This document shows positions 51,312-61,515 of a DNA stretch of 64,000 nucleotides, piece after piece. The notes below the pieces were generated by a model that was not told where the DNA came from, searched no databases, and saw only the letters and a program-made list of their open reading frames with translations. The DNA is from an uncultured Acidobacteriota bacterium. Lineage in GTDB: Bacteria > Acidobacteriota > Blastocatellia > RBC074. A program made the translations under genes and the position numbers. How positions within the stretch are numbered: the stretch's first letter is position 1; each line of letters opens with the position of its first letter. Location of the stretch: NCBI GenBank assembly GCA_963796275.1, contig CAWCKY010000006.1:1568001-1632000 (forward strand). Direction: 5' to 3'.

Positions 51312-51557
51312 ATTGACATTCAGATTGGTCGTTTAATGCCCATGCCGAATTGCCGCGTGGCGGCAGGGATGAGTCTCATCCGGCGTTTCAACGCCGGCAC
51401 CGGCATCCATCGTCGCTACGCGACGAAGAAGGTGTACATTTCGTGCGAAAGTTTGGGCAATGACAAGGCGTTGAAACGCCGGGCTATATCCATAGCGTCG
51501 CGACGCGGCGGAAGCGAAGCAGGCAAACTTTGTAAAACCGATTGTCTGAAGCTCGAT
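51312..51557. mobile_element. MITE/REPIN-like element, family B, copy 1
   Basis: Homologous over its length to 61596-61828; imperfect TIR attgacattcag / ctgaagctcgat; internal palindromes ggcgtttcaacgcc, cgtcgctacgcgacg, ggcgttgaaacgcc. Confidence 0.72.
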
Positions 51558-51587
51558 ACTTCGGGAATCGAGCCTTCATCGGTAGAA

Positions 51588-52265
51588 TTACGAAAAGGGG
51601 GGATGATCATCACTCAGAGTCCCGATCTCATCCATCGAAGGCTGATCAGTCATGGTGGGAAGAGCAACAGCTACAACCGTTTGCCATAAGACTTTCAGAT
51701 CGCTCATCCAGCTTCTACTCTCGAGATAGTTGATGTAACCTCTAAGTTTGAAAGGTTGAAGCATCTCCAGGTAAAATCTCTCACGATCCCCTTTGACTTG
51801 AGCGAGCAGCTCCTCTTCATTTCGCAGTCGCAGAGTCATAGGGTCAGTCAATCCAGGCCTCGCCTGAAGTACCATGAGCCATTCCGGATTTCCAAGATCG
51901 ACATAGCGCGGCACTTCAGGGCGTGGGCCGATCAGCGACATATCGCCTTTGAGAATATTCCAAAGTTCCGGAAGCTCATCGAGCTTGGTTTTACGTAGTA
52001 GCTTCCCCACTTTTGTGACGCGTGAATCGTCGCCGGCTGTTACCTGCGGCCCGCCGGACGCTACCCGCATCGTACGGATTTTGAATAACACGAAGTGCCG
52101 TCCCTTGAGCCCTACTCGTTTCTGACGGAAGATCACGGGTCCGGGCGAGGTGAGCGCCACTGCTGTCGCTGCCAGTGCGATAATGGGGCCGGAAACGATC
52201 AGGCCTACTATCGCTATCGCCGCTTCAATCGGGCGAGGTATTCCGCGTTTGATTTTGTTGGTCAT
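51588..52265 (-). CDS. Bacterial sugar transferase (PglC/WbaP-type initiating phosphoglycosyl transferase)
   Basis: SPGPVIFRQKRVG, KIRTM, D.RVT.VG.LLRKTKLDELP.L.NILKGDMSLIGPRPE. Confidence 0.93.
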   Translation of the reverse strand: MTNKIKRGIPRPIEAAIAIVGLIVSGPIIALAATAVALTSPGPVIFRQKRVGLKGRHFVLFKIRTMRVASGGPQVTAGDDSRVTKVGKLLRKTKLDELPELWNILKGDMSLIGPRPEVPRYVDLGNPEWLMVLQARPGLTDPMTLRLRNEEELLAQVKGDRERFYLEMLQPFKLRGYINYLESRSWMSDLKVLWQTVVAVALPTMTDQPSMDEIGTLSDDHPPFS

Positions 52266-52301
52266 CTTTTTGGTTTTTTCGTGAACCTTTCAGTTTAGAT
52301 A

Positions 52302-52543
52302 GAAGAGTGTGCAAATAAAGGTTCAATGAATCAACGATATCAATCCTGAGCGCCAGAGGCGCGGGATGTTTATAGAACTCGTTCTCCTACATCTAACAAG
52401 CTCCGGAGGAGCGACATATGAATCCTATATTTTGCTCCTCCGGAGCTTGTTAGACCTGGGTAATCGAATGCTAGATACATCGGGCTCCTCCGGAGACAAT
52501 CAGATACTATTGATAATAACCAACTTTAATTTGCACTGTCCTC
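52302..52543. mobile_element. MITE/REPIN-like element, family A, copy 2
   Basis: 242 bp; gaagagtgtgcaaat ... atttgcactgtcctc; central ctaacaagctccggaggagc / gctcctccggagcttgttag hairpin. Confidence 0.78.
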
Positions 52544-52545
52544 AG

Positions 52546-53664
52546 CTATATCAGTGCCGACATACCATCGCTGTGACCACGGGTCAGATGAATCTCGTGT
52601 AGCGGGCATGACTCTTCGAGCAGAGGATGTCCGCCCGCGGTAACGAAGGTTTGATAATTACTCGGACCACTAAGCATACCAGCGCGGCGGCACGCCCCTA
52701 TCCAGACAGCATGTGAAAAGTTCGCCACGATGAGATCGGCCCCAATCTCTGCCAGGTAACTGATGCCGGCTGCGACCAGCGCTGGCACATCTGCGAAATG
52801 CCCGAAACCGTCGGCCAAAGTTCCGACGGTCAAGTCGCCGAAATAAGGGTTATCACGCATCCGCTTTAGCGCCACCACTATCCACCCGGCATCCTTCATT
52901 GTCCTTTTTTGCAGTACTCTCAGCCGGATGAAGCGACGATCGAAAGGGGGATAAACGATATTGAGAGATGTCGAATCAGACCGGATTGCGGCCCCATAGG
53001 CCGGGAGTGATGAGGTGAAGATTCGATCGGCCCATTCATCAAATGCATCGACTACCGACCATTGGTAGGACGAGTAACTCGCGTTTAGCTTGCGCCGCAA
53101 GGTTAAGAGCCCGCCTATTCCTGCCCCCACGCCGGAACAAATACTCAGGAGACCTCCATATTGGAACATGGGGTGACCCTTGAAGTATGTCATCCCGCGT
53201 AACACCTTACTTACTCTGACAGGGTAGAAAAAGAAGGGTATGGACTTATACCTCCAACCGAGCTTGGTCAAAAAGCGAAATATCTCCAAATCGGCTGATC
53301 CAACTCCAAGCCCTATCAAGAAAGGTTGATAAGACAATGCGTTCCTCATGAGTTGGACAACTGCCAGCGAGTAGATAGGATTTATTATCCCTTCGGAGAG
53401 TGGCCCGTTGATAAAACAAAAGTCACGTTTCTCGCCATGGACAAATATGTTGTGATGGTAAAGCAATACTGCCGCATGAGCTTCGCTTCCATTTTCGGCG
53501 ATCATCATCCTGCGATATACCGGAAACCCTTCCGGTCTGTACAACGCCTCGCCCCGCAGTCTGGGACTAAGGCTTATTTGTTCTTTGCTTCCACCAGCTT
53601 TAATGCGCCGGTTGAGTCGATCGACAGCAGCGAGGTCATCATCCTTGATGAAGCGGATATTCAT
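52546..53664 (-). CDS. GNAT-like (FemAB/acyltransferase-type) hypothetical protein of EPS cluster
   Basis: Starts IRFIKDDDL.AV..L (GNAT beta1-alpha1-like); two-domain size, ...RS...LN..Y...F.RL, TLAD; cluster context. Family call tentative. Confidence 0.5.
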   Translation of the reverse strand: MNIRFIKDDDLAAVDRLNRRIKAGGSKEQISLSPRLRGEALYRPEGFPVYRRMMIAENGSEAHAAVLLYHHNIFVHGEKRDFCFINGPLSEGIINPIYSLAVVQLMRNALSYQPFLIGLGVGSADLEIFRFLTKLGWRYKSIPFFFYPVRVSKVLRGMTYFKGHPMFQYGGLLSICSGVGAGIGGLLTLRRKLNASYSSYQWSVVDAFDEWADRIFTSSLPAYGAAIRSDSTSLNIVYPPFDRRFIRLRVLQKRTMKDAGWIVVALKRMRDNPYFGDLTVGTLADGFGHFADVPALVAAGISYLAEIGADLIVANFSHAVWIGACRRAGMLSGPSNYQTFVTAGGHPLLEESCPLHEIHLTRGHSDGMSALI

Positions 53665-54602
53665 AACTCCCCTGATTCTCCTTGCGCCAGCGGCGAATTC
53701 TTACGATACCTCCTTCCCGTACCATCCGGGTTCTCCAGCAAGCGGCCGGTTGCTGCGATCGCCATTTTCAACTCGATCCTGGCGCGACTATCCCCGCCAA
53801 AGAATTGCACGCGCGGCAATCGCCAGGTGGGGAAGCTGCTATCGGCCCACATCGGTTCTGTGGTCATCGCTGTCTCTACCCCGCACCCAAGCACATAGCG
53901 CGCCAGATGCTCCGTATAGTTTCCGTTCGGGAAAGCGAAAGTGCGGCACTCTCCGATCTCCTGCCTGACTTCTTCAATGCTCTGCTTGATCTCGAAGTAG
54001 GCGTCAATCTCGGTCTCGCGTGTCAGGATGGTATGTCGCAGACCATGCGCTCCCAGCGTAAAACCGCGGCGCCCCAGCCCACGCGCTTCATCCCAGGTCA
54101 TCGGACGGATGTCGTCACACTCCATATCGGGAGTCACTTTGTAACTGGGGCATAGGCAGTTCAACCGATCGTTCAGCGATTTAAAAGGAAGCTGTTTCAA
54201 TCTCTTATCCTCGAGCTCAGGAGGTGTATAACCGAGCGACCGCCTGATAGCGTCTCTACGATCGAACCAGAGCGGGAACCCGTCAGTCAGAAAACGCGTC
54301 GTGACGTAGAAGACCGCAGGCACGCCCATCTGCTCCAATACGGGGGCGGTTTCCGTAAAGTTGCTGCGTTTACCGTCGTCGAAGGTGAGCAGGCAGAAGG
54401 GACGAGCTCTCGGTCGCGATAACCGGTCGAGTAACTCATCATGATGAATAAAGTCAAACCACCGGCCGAAGGCCTCTATGTGGAGGCGCGTCTGTGGGGC
54501 CGTCAGCGTGTGTTCGTTGACGATTATTCCAGCTTGTCCGGTATGGCGAGTCATTGTTGCTATAGCCATAGAACACCATCCAACCAGGCTTGGTAATTTC
54601 AT
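53661..54602 (-). CDS. Polysaccharide deacetylase (CE4/NodB-like, IcaB/PgaB type)
   Basis: LTFDDG, PAVFYV, MTW.E...L...G..LGAH...H..L, FAFPNG, LPR. Confidence 0.88.
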   Translation of the reverse strand: MKLPSLVGWCSMAIATMTRHTGQAGIIVNEHTLTAPQTRLHIEAFGRWFDFIHHDELLDRLSRPRARPFCLLTFDDGKRSNFTETAPVLEQMGVPAVFYVTTRFLTDGFPLWFDRRDAIRRSLGYTPPELEDKRLKQLPFKSLNDRLNCLCPSYKVTPDMECDDIRPMTWDEARGLGRRGFTLGAHGLRHTILTRETEIDAYFEIKQSIEEVRQEIGECRTFAFPNGNYTEHLARYVLGCGVETAMTTEPMWADSSFPTWRLPRVQFFGGDSRARIELKMAIAATGRLLENPDGTGRRYRKNSPLAQGESGEL

Positions 54603-54611
54603 GACGTATTT

Positions 54612-55898
54612 TTATTGGTGATTCAGGTAAGTGTCCGTATCTCCCAACGGCAGTTGAGAGGATTGAGCGGTGTATGGTCGAGCATGTCGCGCACACGCTG
54701 ATCTGACCGAACCTGTCACGTACTCCAACTCTTCGTCTTTCATCCCGGGAAAGATCGGCAGGCTGATCGACCGCTCCCATATATCCGTAGCGGTTGGGAA
54801 GTCTTCGGGTCGCCAGCCGAAATTCTCCTGATAGTATGGATGCAGGTGCAACGGTCGCCAGTGGACCGAGCAGCCGACTCCATCCTCTTTCAGCTCCTCC
54901 ATGAACTCGTTGCGTGTAATCGAGAGTCGTTCGAGGCATAATTTGATGGGGAAGAGGTGCCACGATTGGATCCGGTTCGAATCCTCACCCGGCAGATCGA
55001 TCTCCGCAATATCAGCCAATGCTTCACGATAGTAGCGGGCCACCTCCTGGCGCATCCGGCGCATCTCCTCCGCCTTGGCCAATTGGTGGATACCTATGGC
55101 CGCGGCGATGTCCGTCAGGTTGTACTTGTAACCTGGCGCGATAATCTTGTAGTCCCAGGTTCCGCTGTTCGAGTATCTGCCCCACGCATTCTGCGAAAGC
55201 CCATGAAGCGACATTGATCGCATTCGATCAGCGATCGCGATATCTTCTGTTACTGCCATCCCTCCTTCACCAGTGGTGATTGTCTTATTGGCATAGAATG
55301 AGAAGCAGGTTACCCGCGCGGTCCTCTCGCCACACCGCTGCCAGGCTTGATCCGGCCCAGGTCTCCAGGCCGATGGGAAGGCGTGAGCGGCGTCCTCGAT
55401 CACCCACAACCCATTCTCGGAAGCGAAATTGCGGATTGCCTCTATATCCATCATCACTCCCCCCACGTGGACAGGTATCATCCCCACCACGCGCGTGTCC
55501 GCTGCCAGTCCTTGCCATAGTTTTCCCGCCCTGAGCTGAGCCAGCCTCCACACGGCGTCGAACAAATCCATGTTCTTCGTCATTGGATCGCAATCCACCA
55601 GAATAGGGATCGCATTCATGTAACGAACGACTGCTGCGGTGGCAGCGAACGTCATGGTCGGGACCAGGACCGCTTGGCCTGCTTCCACTCCAGATGCCTC
55701 AAGCGCGAGGTGAAGAGCTGCTGTGCAGGAATTTACCGCCACAGCATGGCTGGCGCCTACCGCAGCGGCGAACTCCTGTTCGAATCGTTTGACCTTTGTA
55801 CCGCTCGTCAGCCAGCCCGAGCGTATGGTGTCCATTACCTCGTCCAGCTCACGCTCGCCGAGGTATGGACGGAAGAACGGTATCCGATTTCCCTTCAT
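54612..55898 (-). CDS. DegT/DnrJ/EryC1/StrS PLP-dependent sugar aminotransferase
   Basis: SGWLT.G, NSCTAALHLAL, TF.AT, IEDAAHA, FSFYANKTITTGEGGM, GYKYN.TDI.AA.G. Confidence 0.95.
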   Translation of the reverse strand: MKGNRIPFFRPYLGERELDEVMDTIRSGWLTSGTKVKRFEQEFAAAVGASHAVAVNSCTAALHLALEASGVEAGQAVLVPTMTFAATAAVVRYMNAIPILVDCDPMTKNMDLFDAVWRLAQLRAGKLWQGLAADTRVVGMIPVHVGGVMMDIEAIRNFASENGLWVIEDAAHAFPSAWRPGPDQAWQRCGERTARVTCFSFYANKTITTGEGGMAVTEDIAIADRMRSMSLHGLSQNAWGRYSNSGTWDYKIIAPGYKYNLTDIAAAIGIHQLAKAEEMRRMRQEVARYYREALADIAEIDLPGEDSNRIQSWHLFPIKLCLERLSITRNEFMEELKEDGVGCSVHWRPLHLHPYYQENFGWRPEDFPTATDIWERSISLPIFPGMKDEELEYVTGSVRSACARHARPYTAQSSQLPLGDTDTYLNHQ

Positions 55899-55915
55899 AA
55901 TGGTCCCCCTATGTG

Positions 55916-56803
55916 TTACAACCCCAAAACTACAATCTCAGAATAAAGATTATCGATTTGCTCGCCGGTCAACACTTCTGACTTATACATTTTGGGAATC
56001 TTCAGCTTGTATATTTTGCTGTAAGGTAGATGTATTTTTCCTATCAGTCTCTCATCGACAGCCAGGAATAAATACCCCTTGCTCGTGAGAAAATGAATCC
56101 TGATCCTGCTGAGGTGCTTTAAAAAGATATTACGGTCGCTGATGTATTGTATGTGACCATAAGGTATCTTGCAGTTGTATTTTTTATAGCTCTTGCTAGT
56201 GTACAGAAGATAACAGTAGCTGTCCTTCTCTTGTATCACAAGATGGCCGCAGTCGTATTGCGAATGATCATTGAATATTCGTAAGTGCGCCGGGTTCAGC
56301 ATCTCCGCGATCCTGGTCCGATCGGGGACTATAGCCGTCGGAGTCTCACCAGCCTCACTGGATAACTGCGGTATCGGGAAGAGAAGTCTGACGTGTGTAT
56401 CGAGAGTCTTAAAACCCAATCGCTTCGCGATAGCCCAGGCCCTCTCGTTCATCGTTAGATTGGTGAGCGTATAACCCTTCAGATTTAGCAGCGGAAAGAC
56501 CAGGCGCAAGCTTTCAGATCGATATTTTTCCTTAACTATCCAGCTCGTGAGGTTGCAAAATCTGGCCTCCATGCCGCCTATGGTCCTGCGACTGAATAAC
56601 GTGCCGTTAAAACCGACGACTTGTCGATAATCGGTAAGAGCATATCCGACGTAACCCTCATCAAATTCCCACTGGTAATCGAAGATCAGTTTCCACTTCT
56701 CACCGGTCAACTGTGAGTCATCGAGTTCTAAAAGGAGAGGATATATATCATCGAACATTGCTGGTGTAACTTTTTCCACTTTCGCCATTTCCGTAGCCTT
56801 CAA
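55916..56803 (-). CDS. GNAT-family acyltransferase-like protein
   Basis: W..IFDY.W, GY.L....VVGF.G..FS.R, CNLTSWIVKEKYR..SL.L, LGFK; directly follows the ACP gene. Confidence 0.65.
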   Translation of the reverse strand: MKATEMAKVEKVTPAMFDDIYPLLLELDDSQLTGEKWKLIFDYQWEFDEGYVGYALTDYRQVVGFNGTLFSRRTIGGMEARFCNLTSWIVKEKYRSESLRLVFPLLNLKGYTLTNLTMNERAWAIAKRLGFKTLDTHVRLLFPIPQLSSEAGETPTAIVPDRTRIAEMLNPAHLRIFNDHSQYDCGHLVIQEKDSYCYLLYTSKSYKKYNCKIPYGHIQYISDRNIFLKHLSRIRIHFLTSKGYLFLAVDERLIGKIHLPYSKIYKLKIPKMYKSEVLTGEQIDNLYSEIVVLGL

Positions 56804-56821
56804 CGCATCAACACTTCTTCC

Positions 56822-57082
56822 TTAAGCAATCTTTTGTAATTGATCTATACACGAAATGAACTCGGCGATCTTCGCTATCGTCTTGAAGTTGTCAATTTCG
56901 ATCGCATCTACAGGGATAGCCGTTCCAAATTCCTGCTCGAGGCAGACCAGCAGTTCGACGAATGTCAGCGAGTCTAAAAGCCCTTCTTCGACGAGGTCTG
57001 TAACAACAGAACTGACCTCCAGATTGAGTTTATCGGAGAAAAGCTTGGTGATCTTTGGGTATAATGCTTTTGCATCTAACAT
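56822..57082 (-). CDS. Acyl/aminoacyl carrier protein (DltC-like)
   Basis: DLVEEGLLDSLTFVELL..LEQEFG..I......DNF.T...IA; acidic 86 aa with the phosphopantetheine Ser in DSL. Confidence 0.88.
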   Translation of the reverse strand: MLDAKALYPKITKLFSDKLNLEVSSVVTDLVEEGLLDSLTFVELLVCLEQEFGTAIPVDAIEIDNFKTIAKIAEFISCIDQLQKIA

Positions 57083-57184
57083 TTTGATTCCCTGCTTCGG
57101 ATTCAGATGAGTATTCAGGTTTGAGGATTGCGGAATTTTGGTTGTGTCAAGTCTGTATGATTGCGACCGCTTTGGTAGTTAATT

Positions 57185-57424
57185 GAGGACTGGGCAAATT
57201 AAAGTTGATTGTTATCAGTAGTATCTGTTTGGCTCCGTATGAGCCCGATGTTTATAGCTTAGATGATAATGTTCATCGCAAGCTCCGGAGGAGCGACATC
57301 TGAACGCCTATATGCCGTTCCTTCGGAGCTTACGAGGTTTGGATGATCGAGTGCTAAAAATATTTCGCGCCGCTGGCGCTCGGGACCAACAACATTACAA
57401 TGATCTTTTATTTGCACAGTCCTC
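57185..57424. mobile_element. MITE/REPIN-like element, family A, copy 3 (inverted)
   Basis: 240 bp; TIR gaggactgggcaaat / atttgcacagtcctc (14 of 15 complementary); same aagctccggaggagcgacat core. Confidence 0.8.
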
Positions 57425-57519
57425 AGTCACTTCGTTTATCCTGATAACGGTGACAACGGCTGAATGGTCGAGGCGATAGCCTCCCGGATTGTCAAACCAG
57501 CCATTATCTTTTCTATATC

Positions 57520-58362
57520 TTAAGGTTTGAATAACTCATTGTTCATATTTTGTCGTTCGCCTAGTATCCACCTGCGAAGTAGAGTATACCGCCTCATACC
57601 GAGCGCAGCGCGAGGTATATGAAGAAGTGACCAACGTAGTACCTCTCTCTGGACATTATAGTTGCAATACCTTCGGATATCTGCAGTAGAGGTATTCTCA
57701 CGGATTGCAATTCTTCTCAAATTGAATAAAGACATATTCGGGTTGTTTATGCCGGGTTTGGAGGTACAGAGCATTTTGAGGCCCACCTCTTTCGCAGAGG
57801 AAGCTATTATCTCATTCCAATCACCGCCTGGCATTGAAGCGGATTCAATTGGTTGTTGCAAAAGAGATTCTAGATATTGTTTGCATGCTGATAATTCCAG
57901 CTTTATTTCTGCGCGAGAACAGCTTGATAGCATGCGATGAGTTTTCCCATGAACTCCGACTTCCATACCAGCCCTTGCGGCATTCAATATCAAGCCTTGA
58001 TCGCAAAATCCTTTTCGCCCTACAAAATCTTGCGTAATGAAGAAGGTAGCCTTAAACCCGAATTCAATCAGCAAAGGAACAGCTGTTTCAAAAGCACCCC
58101 GCCATCCATCATCGAAGGTCAGAATTACCGTTTCGCCGTCGCTGCTGCTGATAGATTCTGAGGCGGTTATGACCCGATGCCCTGAAGCCTTGATGGCAAT
58201 CAGATGTTGAGTGAAGACATCTTTGGGAACGTGATACATTGCAGCGGAACGGGGAATGCCGGATACCGGATCTTTCTGGTAAATGTCATGATACATAAGC
58301 CAGATTGACTCTGTTTCCTGTACCGAAACCGATTTCGCTGCATGTTTATTGGCTTGATTCAC
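57520..58362 (-). CDS. Polysaccharide deacetylase (CE4)
   Basis: LMYHDI, LTFDDG, KATFFI, GMEVG.H..TH..L, S.PGG, L.R. Confidence 0.9.
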   Translation of the reverse strand: MNQANKHAAKSVSVQETESIWLMYHDIYQKDPVSGIPRSAAMYHVPKDVFTQHLIAIKASGHRVITASESISSSDGETVILTFDDGWRGAFETAVPLLIEFGFKATFFITQDFVGRKGFCDQGLILNAARAGMEVGVHGKTHRMLSSCSRAEIKLELSACKQYLESLLQQPIESASMPGGDWNEIIASSAKEVGLKMLCTSKPGINNPNMSLFNLRRIAIRENTSTADIRRYCNYNVQREVLRWSLLHIPRAALGMRRYTLLRRWILGERQNMNNELFKP

Positions 58363-58365
58363 AGC

Positions 58366-59415
58366 TTATCTTGGCTCCCTGGTCTCACGGTCTCCCCAGC
58401 GTTTTCGGAAACCGGCCAGCCCGGCGAGAAATCCGAGCCCGAAGGCGAAGTGGATCGTTGCGAAGCAGAGGGGTAGCGCCAGCCGCAGCCGCCATCCCTG
58501 CTTTCGAACCGTAATTAGAGAAGCACATATGTTGGCGAGCGCGTAGATACCCAGGGTCAACGCGAATACCAATCCGGCTGCCGTTGAGAGCGGAGTCATT
58601 AACATTGATAGCATCAAGCAGGAGATGAACAGTAGGGGGACGAACTGACGCATGCGCATCTGCCGCGGCGTCTTCTGCATTATGCGTACTTTCCAGTATC
58701 CGTATTGGAAATATTGACGCCAAAGAGAGCTGATCGAGCTTCGGCTGTAATATCGGGAACGTATGTCGGCGGCCAGCAGTATCTTTCCCCCGATCCTGCG
58801 CAAGCGGTAGTTATAATCGTCATCCTGATTGCGGACCAACTCTTCATCGAAGTATCCCACACGCTGCATAATGGAGCGTGTGTAAGCAGGGAACGCAATA
58901 GTATCCGCTGCCATGGTTCTATCTTTCACGATGCGGAAAGCGGAATTGCCAACTCCAAAAGGCGAGCTCATAGCTAAAGCTATCGTCCGGGCAAGAGGTG
59001 TCTCTCCCACTGTCTCTATCGGGCCGCCCACGCCATCGACGCCATCATTCTGGAGGTGCTCAACGCAGCGACGAACGTAATCCCTTTCGATTACACAATG
59101 ACCATCAACGCGAATAAATACCTCTCCGTTCGCGCGGAAAATGGCGGCGTTCAGGCCCGTAGGCGCGATCTTACCCGTATTATCGATCATCAGAATATTT
59201 GGGTGCCGGTCTTGAAACGTGCGGATGATCGCTCGTGTGCCATCGGTTGACATACCGTCAGATACGACTACCTCCATAAGGTTTACCGGGTAGTCCTGCG
59301 CCATCACTGCATTCAGACTGCGGGCGATGTAACGAGCCTCGTTGCGTACGGGGAGGACGACAGTTACGAGCGGCAGGCTGATAGCATTGGGTGATTCGGA
59401 ATCGGTACAATACAT
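58366..59415 (-). CDS. GT2 glycosyltransferase, ExoA-like
   Basis: PVRNE, QDYP, DGMSTDGT, RVDGH, SSPFGVG, FDEELVRNQDD..NYR, QYFQYG.W, C-terminal TM helices; start uncertain (59415 or 59442). Confidence 0.92.
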   Translation of the reverse strand: MYCTDSESPNAISLPLVTVVLPVRNEARYIARSLNAVMAQDYPVNLMEVVVSDGMSTDGTRAIIRTFQDRHPNILMIDNTGKIAPTGLNAAIFRANGEVFIRVDGHCVIERDYVRRCVEHLQNDGVDGVGGPIETVGETPLARTIALAMSSPFGVGNSAFRIVKDRTMAADTIAFPAYTRSIMQRVGYFDEELVRNQDDDYNYRLRRIGGKILLAADIRSRYYSRSSISSLWRQYFQYGYWKVRIMQKTPRQMRMRQFVPLLFISCLMLSMLMTPLSTAAGLVFALTLGIYALANICASLITVRKQGWRLRLALPLCFATIHFAFGLGFLAGLAGFRKRWGDRETREPR

Positions 59416-59527
59416 CGGGATATATCCAACTACCGGGAGCACGAGGAAAAACGGAATTTGTCGAATTCCATGTGCTCTCCGTGCTTCCCATGTTAGGTTT
59501 TTGTGTGTGTTAATCTTGGGTGTTCGG

Positions 59528-61513
59528 TTAGGGGATGTTAAAAACGCGCATCCACATCTCCAACGACAATATCCTGAAGAGGCCCAGATAGGACTCGGTG
59601 TTCGCTGAGTCTGCCTTTGCAGAACTATACCATCGGCGCAGAGCCGCGGCGTCTATATACTTTTGGCAGCGGAGATCGTCGCCGATCATCTCGGTCGTAA
59701 ATTTGCGCAGGTCTTGCGATAGCCAGATACGATCCGGGGCTGCGAAACCTAGCTTGCTTTTACGGAGCCTGACAGACTCGGGCATCATATTTTTCATCGC
59801 CTGCCTGATCGCGAATTTGCTCCAGCCGTTCCGCACCTTGAGGTTATCCGGTAAGGAGATGCCATACTCGACGAGCTTGTGATCCAGGAGCGGCACGCGA
59901 GCCTCGATTGAAAACGCCATAGAGGAGCGATCTTCCAGGCGCAGGAGCTGTGGAAGCGTATCGATCTGAATGTCGTCGATCTGTATCCGCTGCATGGCCG
60001 TCCACGGCCCATCACCGTTCCGTTTACCGGAAGCATTGCGCCACCATCGGGTTGCCGGTGTGCTGCCGTCTGAAATGACTTGACTGAGATCGGCTCTCAA
60101 AACCTCTTGTAATACCGAATCCACTTTCATAAACCGGCGAATGTTATGAGGAAGGTAACGAAAGCCATTCCGCAGGTTCAGCACATAACGGTCACCCTGA
60201 CTTACGGTAGCTCCCAGCTCGCGTAACATTCGAAGTACGCGGCCATCCTTCAGCAATGAGGCAAAATATGCATAACGGAACTTCGCGTAGCCTCCGAATA
60301 CTTCGTCGCCCCCCTGGCCATCGAGCAATACTTTGACCCCGGCTTCCATTGCCGCACGCATGACTCGCCACTGAGCGTAGAAGCTGAACCCCCCAAATGG
60401 CATGTCCTGGTGCCAGGCCATTCGCTGGAAGTCTTCCCGGAAGTCCTCGGCTGTCGGGAAGACGAGCTCTGGAGTTGCGTCTACTGATCGCGCAACGGTC
60501 AAGGCATATTCACGTTCATCGATTTCTCTATATTTATAGCAGGATGTGAATGTACGTAGACTGTCTCCGATCGCGGTAGCCGCCTCAGGGTGTTCACCGG
60601 ATATTTTCCCTATCAGAGAGACCACTGTCGATGAGTCGAGGCCACCGCTCAGGCAGCTACCCACTCGCACATCGCTTATCAGGTGTTTGCGCATAGTCTC
60701 CAACAACAACTCCCTCAACTGCTCTATATGTTCATCGTCTCCTGCGCCATTCGCCGGTTGCGGTACTAGATGCCAGTACCTGTTAACCATGATTTGTCGG
60801 GTCCTGCTGTCAAGCCGCAGCGAGTGAGCCGCAGGCAGCGCTCTCAGGTTCCGGACAACCGTACGCTCCCCATAATCGCAATTACCATGCGCCAGAAAGC
60901 CGAGTATCGCCTCGTCATCTGCTACCGCTTCTATTCCGGGAAATGACAGGAGAGCCTTGATCTCGGATGCACAGATAAAATAACCGGCGGCGACGGCATA
61001 ATAGAATGGTTTTATTCCAAACCTGTCGCGAGCGCAGAATAGTTGCCTCCGTCGGCTATCCCAAATTGCGAAGGCATACATTCCCTCGAGCTGATCCAGG
61101 CAATCCTCGCCCCAATGGAGGTATGCTTGCAGGAGCACCTCGGTGTCCGTCCGGGTTCTGAAGATGTATCCCTTAGACTTGAGCTCGGACCTGAGTTCCA
61201 AATGGTTATAGATTTCGCCGTTAAAGACGATCCATATGCTGCCATCACCCACTGACATTGGCTGTAGCCCGCGATCAGTCAGGTCTATGATCGCGAGGCG
61301 GCGGTGCCCCAATGCAACCTGAGCCGCGGTTTTCGCCTCCCATCGGTCCGTGTTCTGTAGAAAAGTATGATGATACCTCCCATTTTGAAGCGAGCCTATA
61401 ACGAACCCCTCTCCATCCGGTCCACGGTGCGCTTGCCGATCGTTCATTCGTTGCAATGCTGCTAGGTCTACCGGCCTTCCATCGAGACTAACTATTCCTA
61501 CTATCCCGCACAT
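59528..61513 (-). CDS. asnB: Asparagine synthase (glutamine-hydrolysing)-like amidotransferase, intact
   Basis: MCGIVG, HRGPDGEG, LGHRRLAIIDL, FNGEIYN, LSGGLDSS, DGQGGDE.FGGY, EDR.SMA.SIEARVP.LD, KLGF. Confidence 0.95.
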   Translation of the reverse strand: MCGIVGIVSLDGRPVDLAALQRMNDRQAHRGPDGEGFVIGSLQNGRYHHTFLQNTDRWEAKTAAQVALGHRRLAIIDLTDRGLQPMSVGDGSIWIVFNGEIYNHLELRSELKSKGYIFRTRTDTEVLLQAYLHWGEDCLDQLEGMYAFAIWDSRRRQLFCARDRFGIKPFYYAVAAGYFICASEIKALLSFPGIEAVADDEAILGFLAHGNCDYGERTVVRNLRALPAAHSLRLDSRTRQIMVNRYWHLVPQPANGAGDDEHIEQLRELLLETMRKHLISDVRVGSCLSGGLDSSTVVSLIGKISGEHPEAATAIGDSLRTFTSCYKYREIDEREYALTVARSVDATPELVFPTAEDFREDFQRMAWHQDMPFGGFSFYAQWRVMRAAMEAGVKVLLDGQGGDEVFGGYAKFRYAYFASLLKDGRVLRMLRELGATVSQGDRYVLNLRNGFRYLPHNIRRFMKVDSVLQEVLRADLSQVISDGSTPATRWWRNASGKRNGDGPWTAMQRIQIDDIQIDTLPQLLRLEDRSSMAFSIEARVPLLDHKLVEYGISLPDNLKVRNGWSKFAIRQAMKNMMPESVRLRKSKLGFAAPDRIWLSQDLRKFTTEMIGDDLRCQKYIDAAALRRWYSSAKADSANTESYLGLFRILSLEMWMRVFNIP

Positions 61514-61515
61514 AA

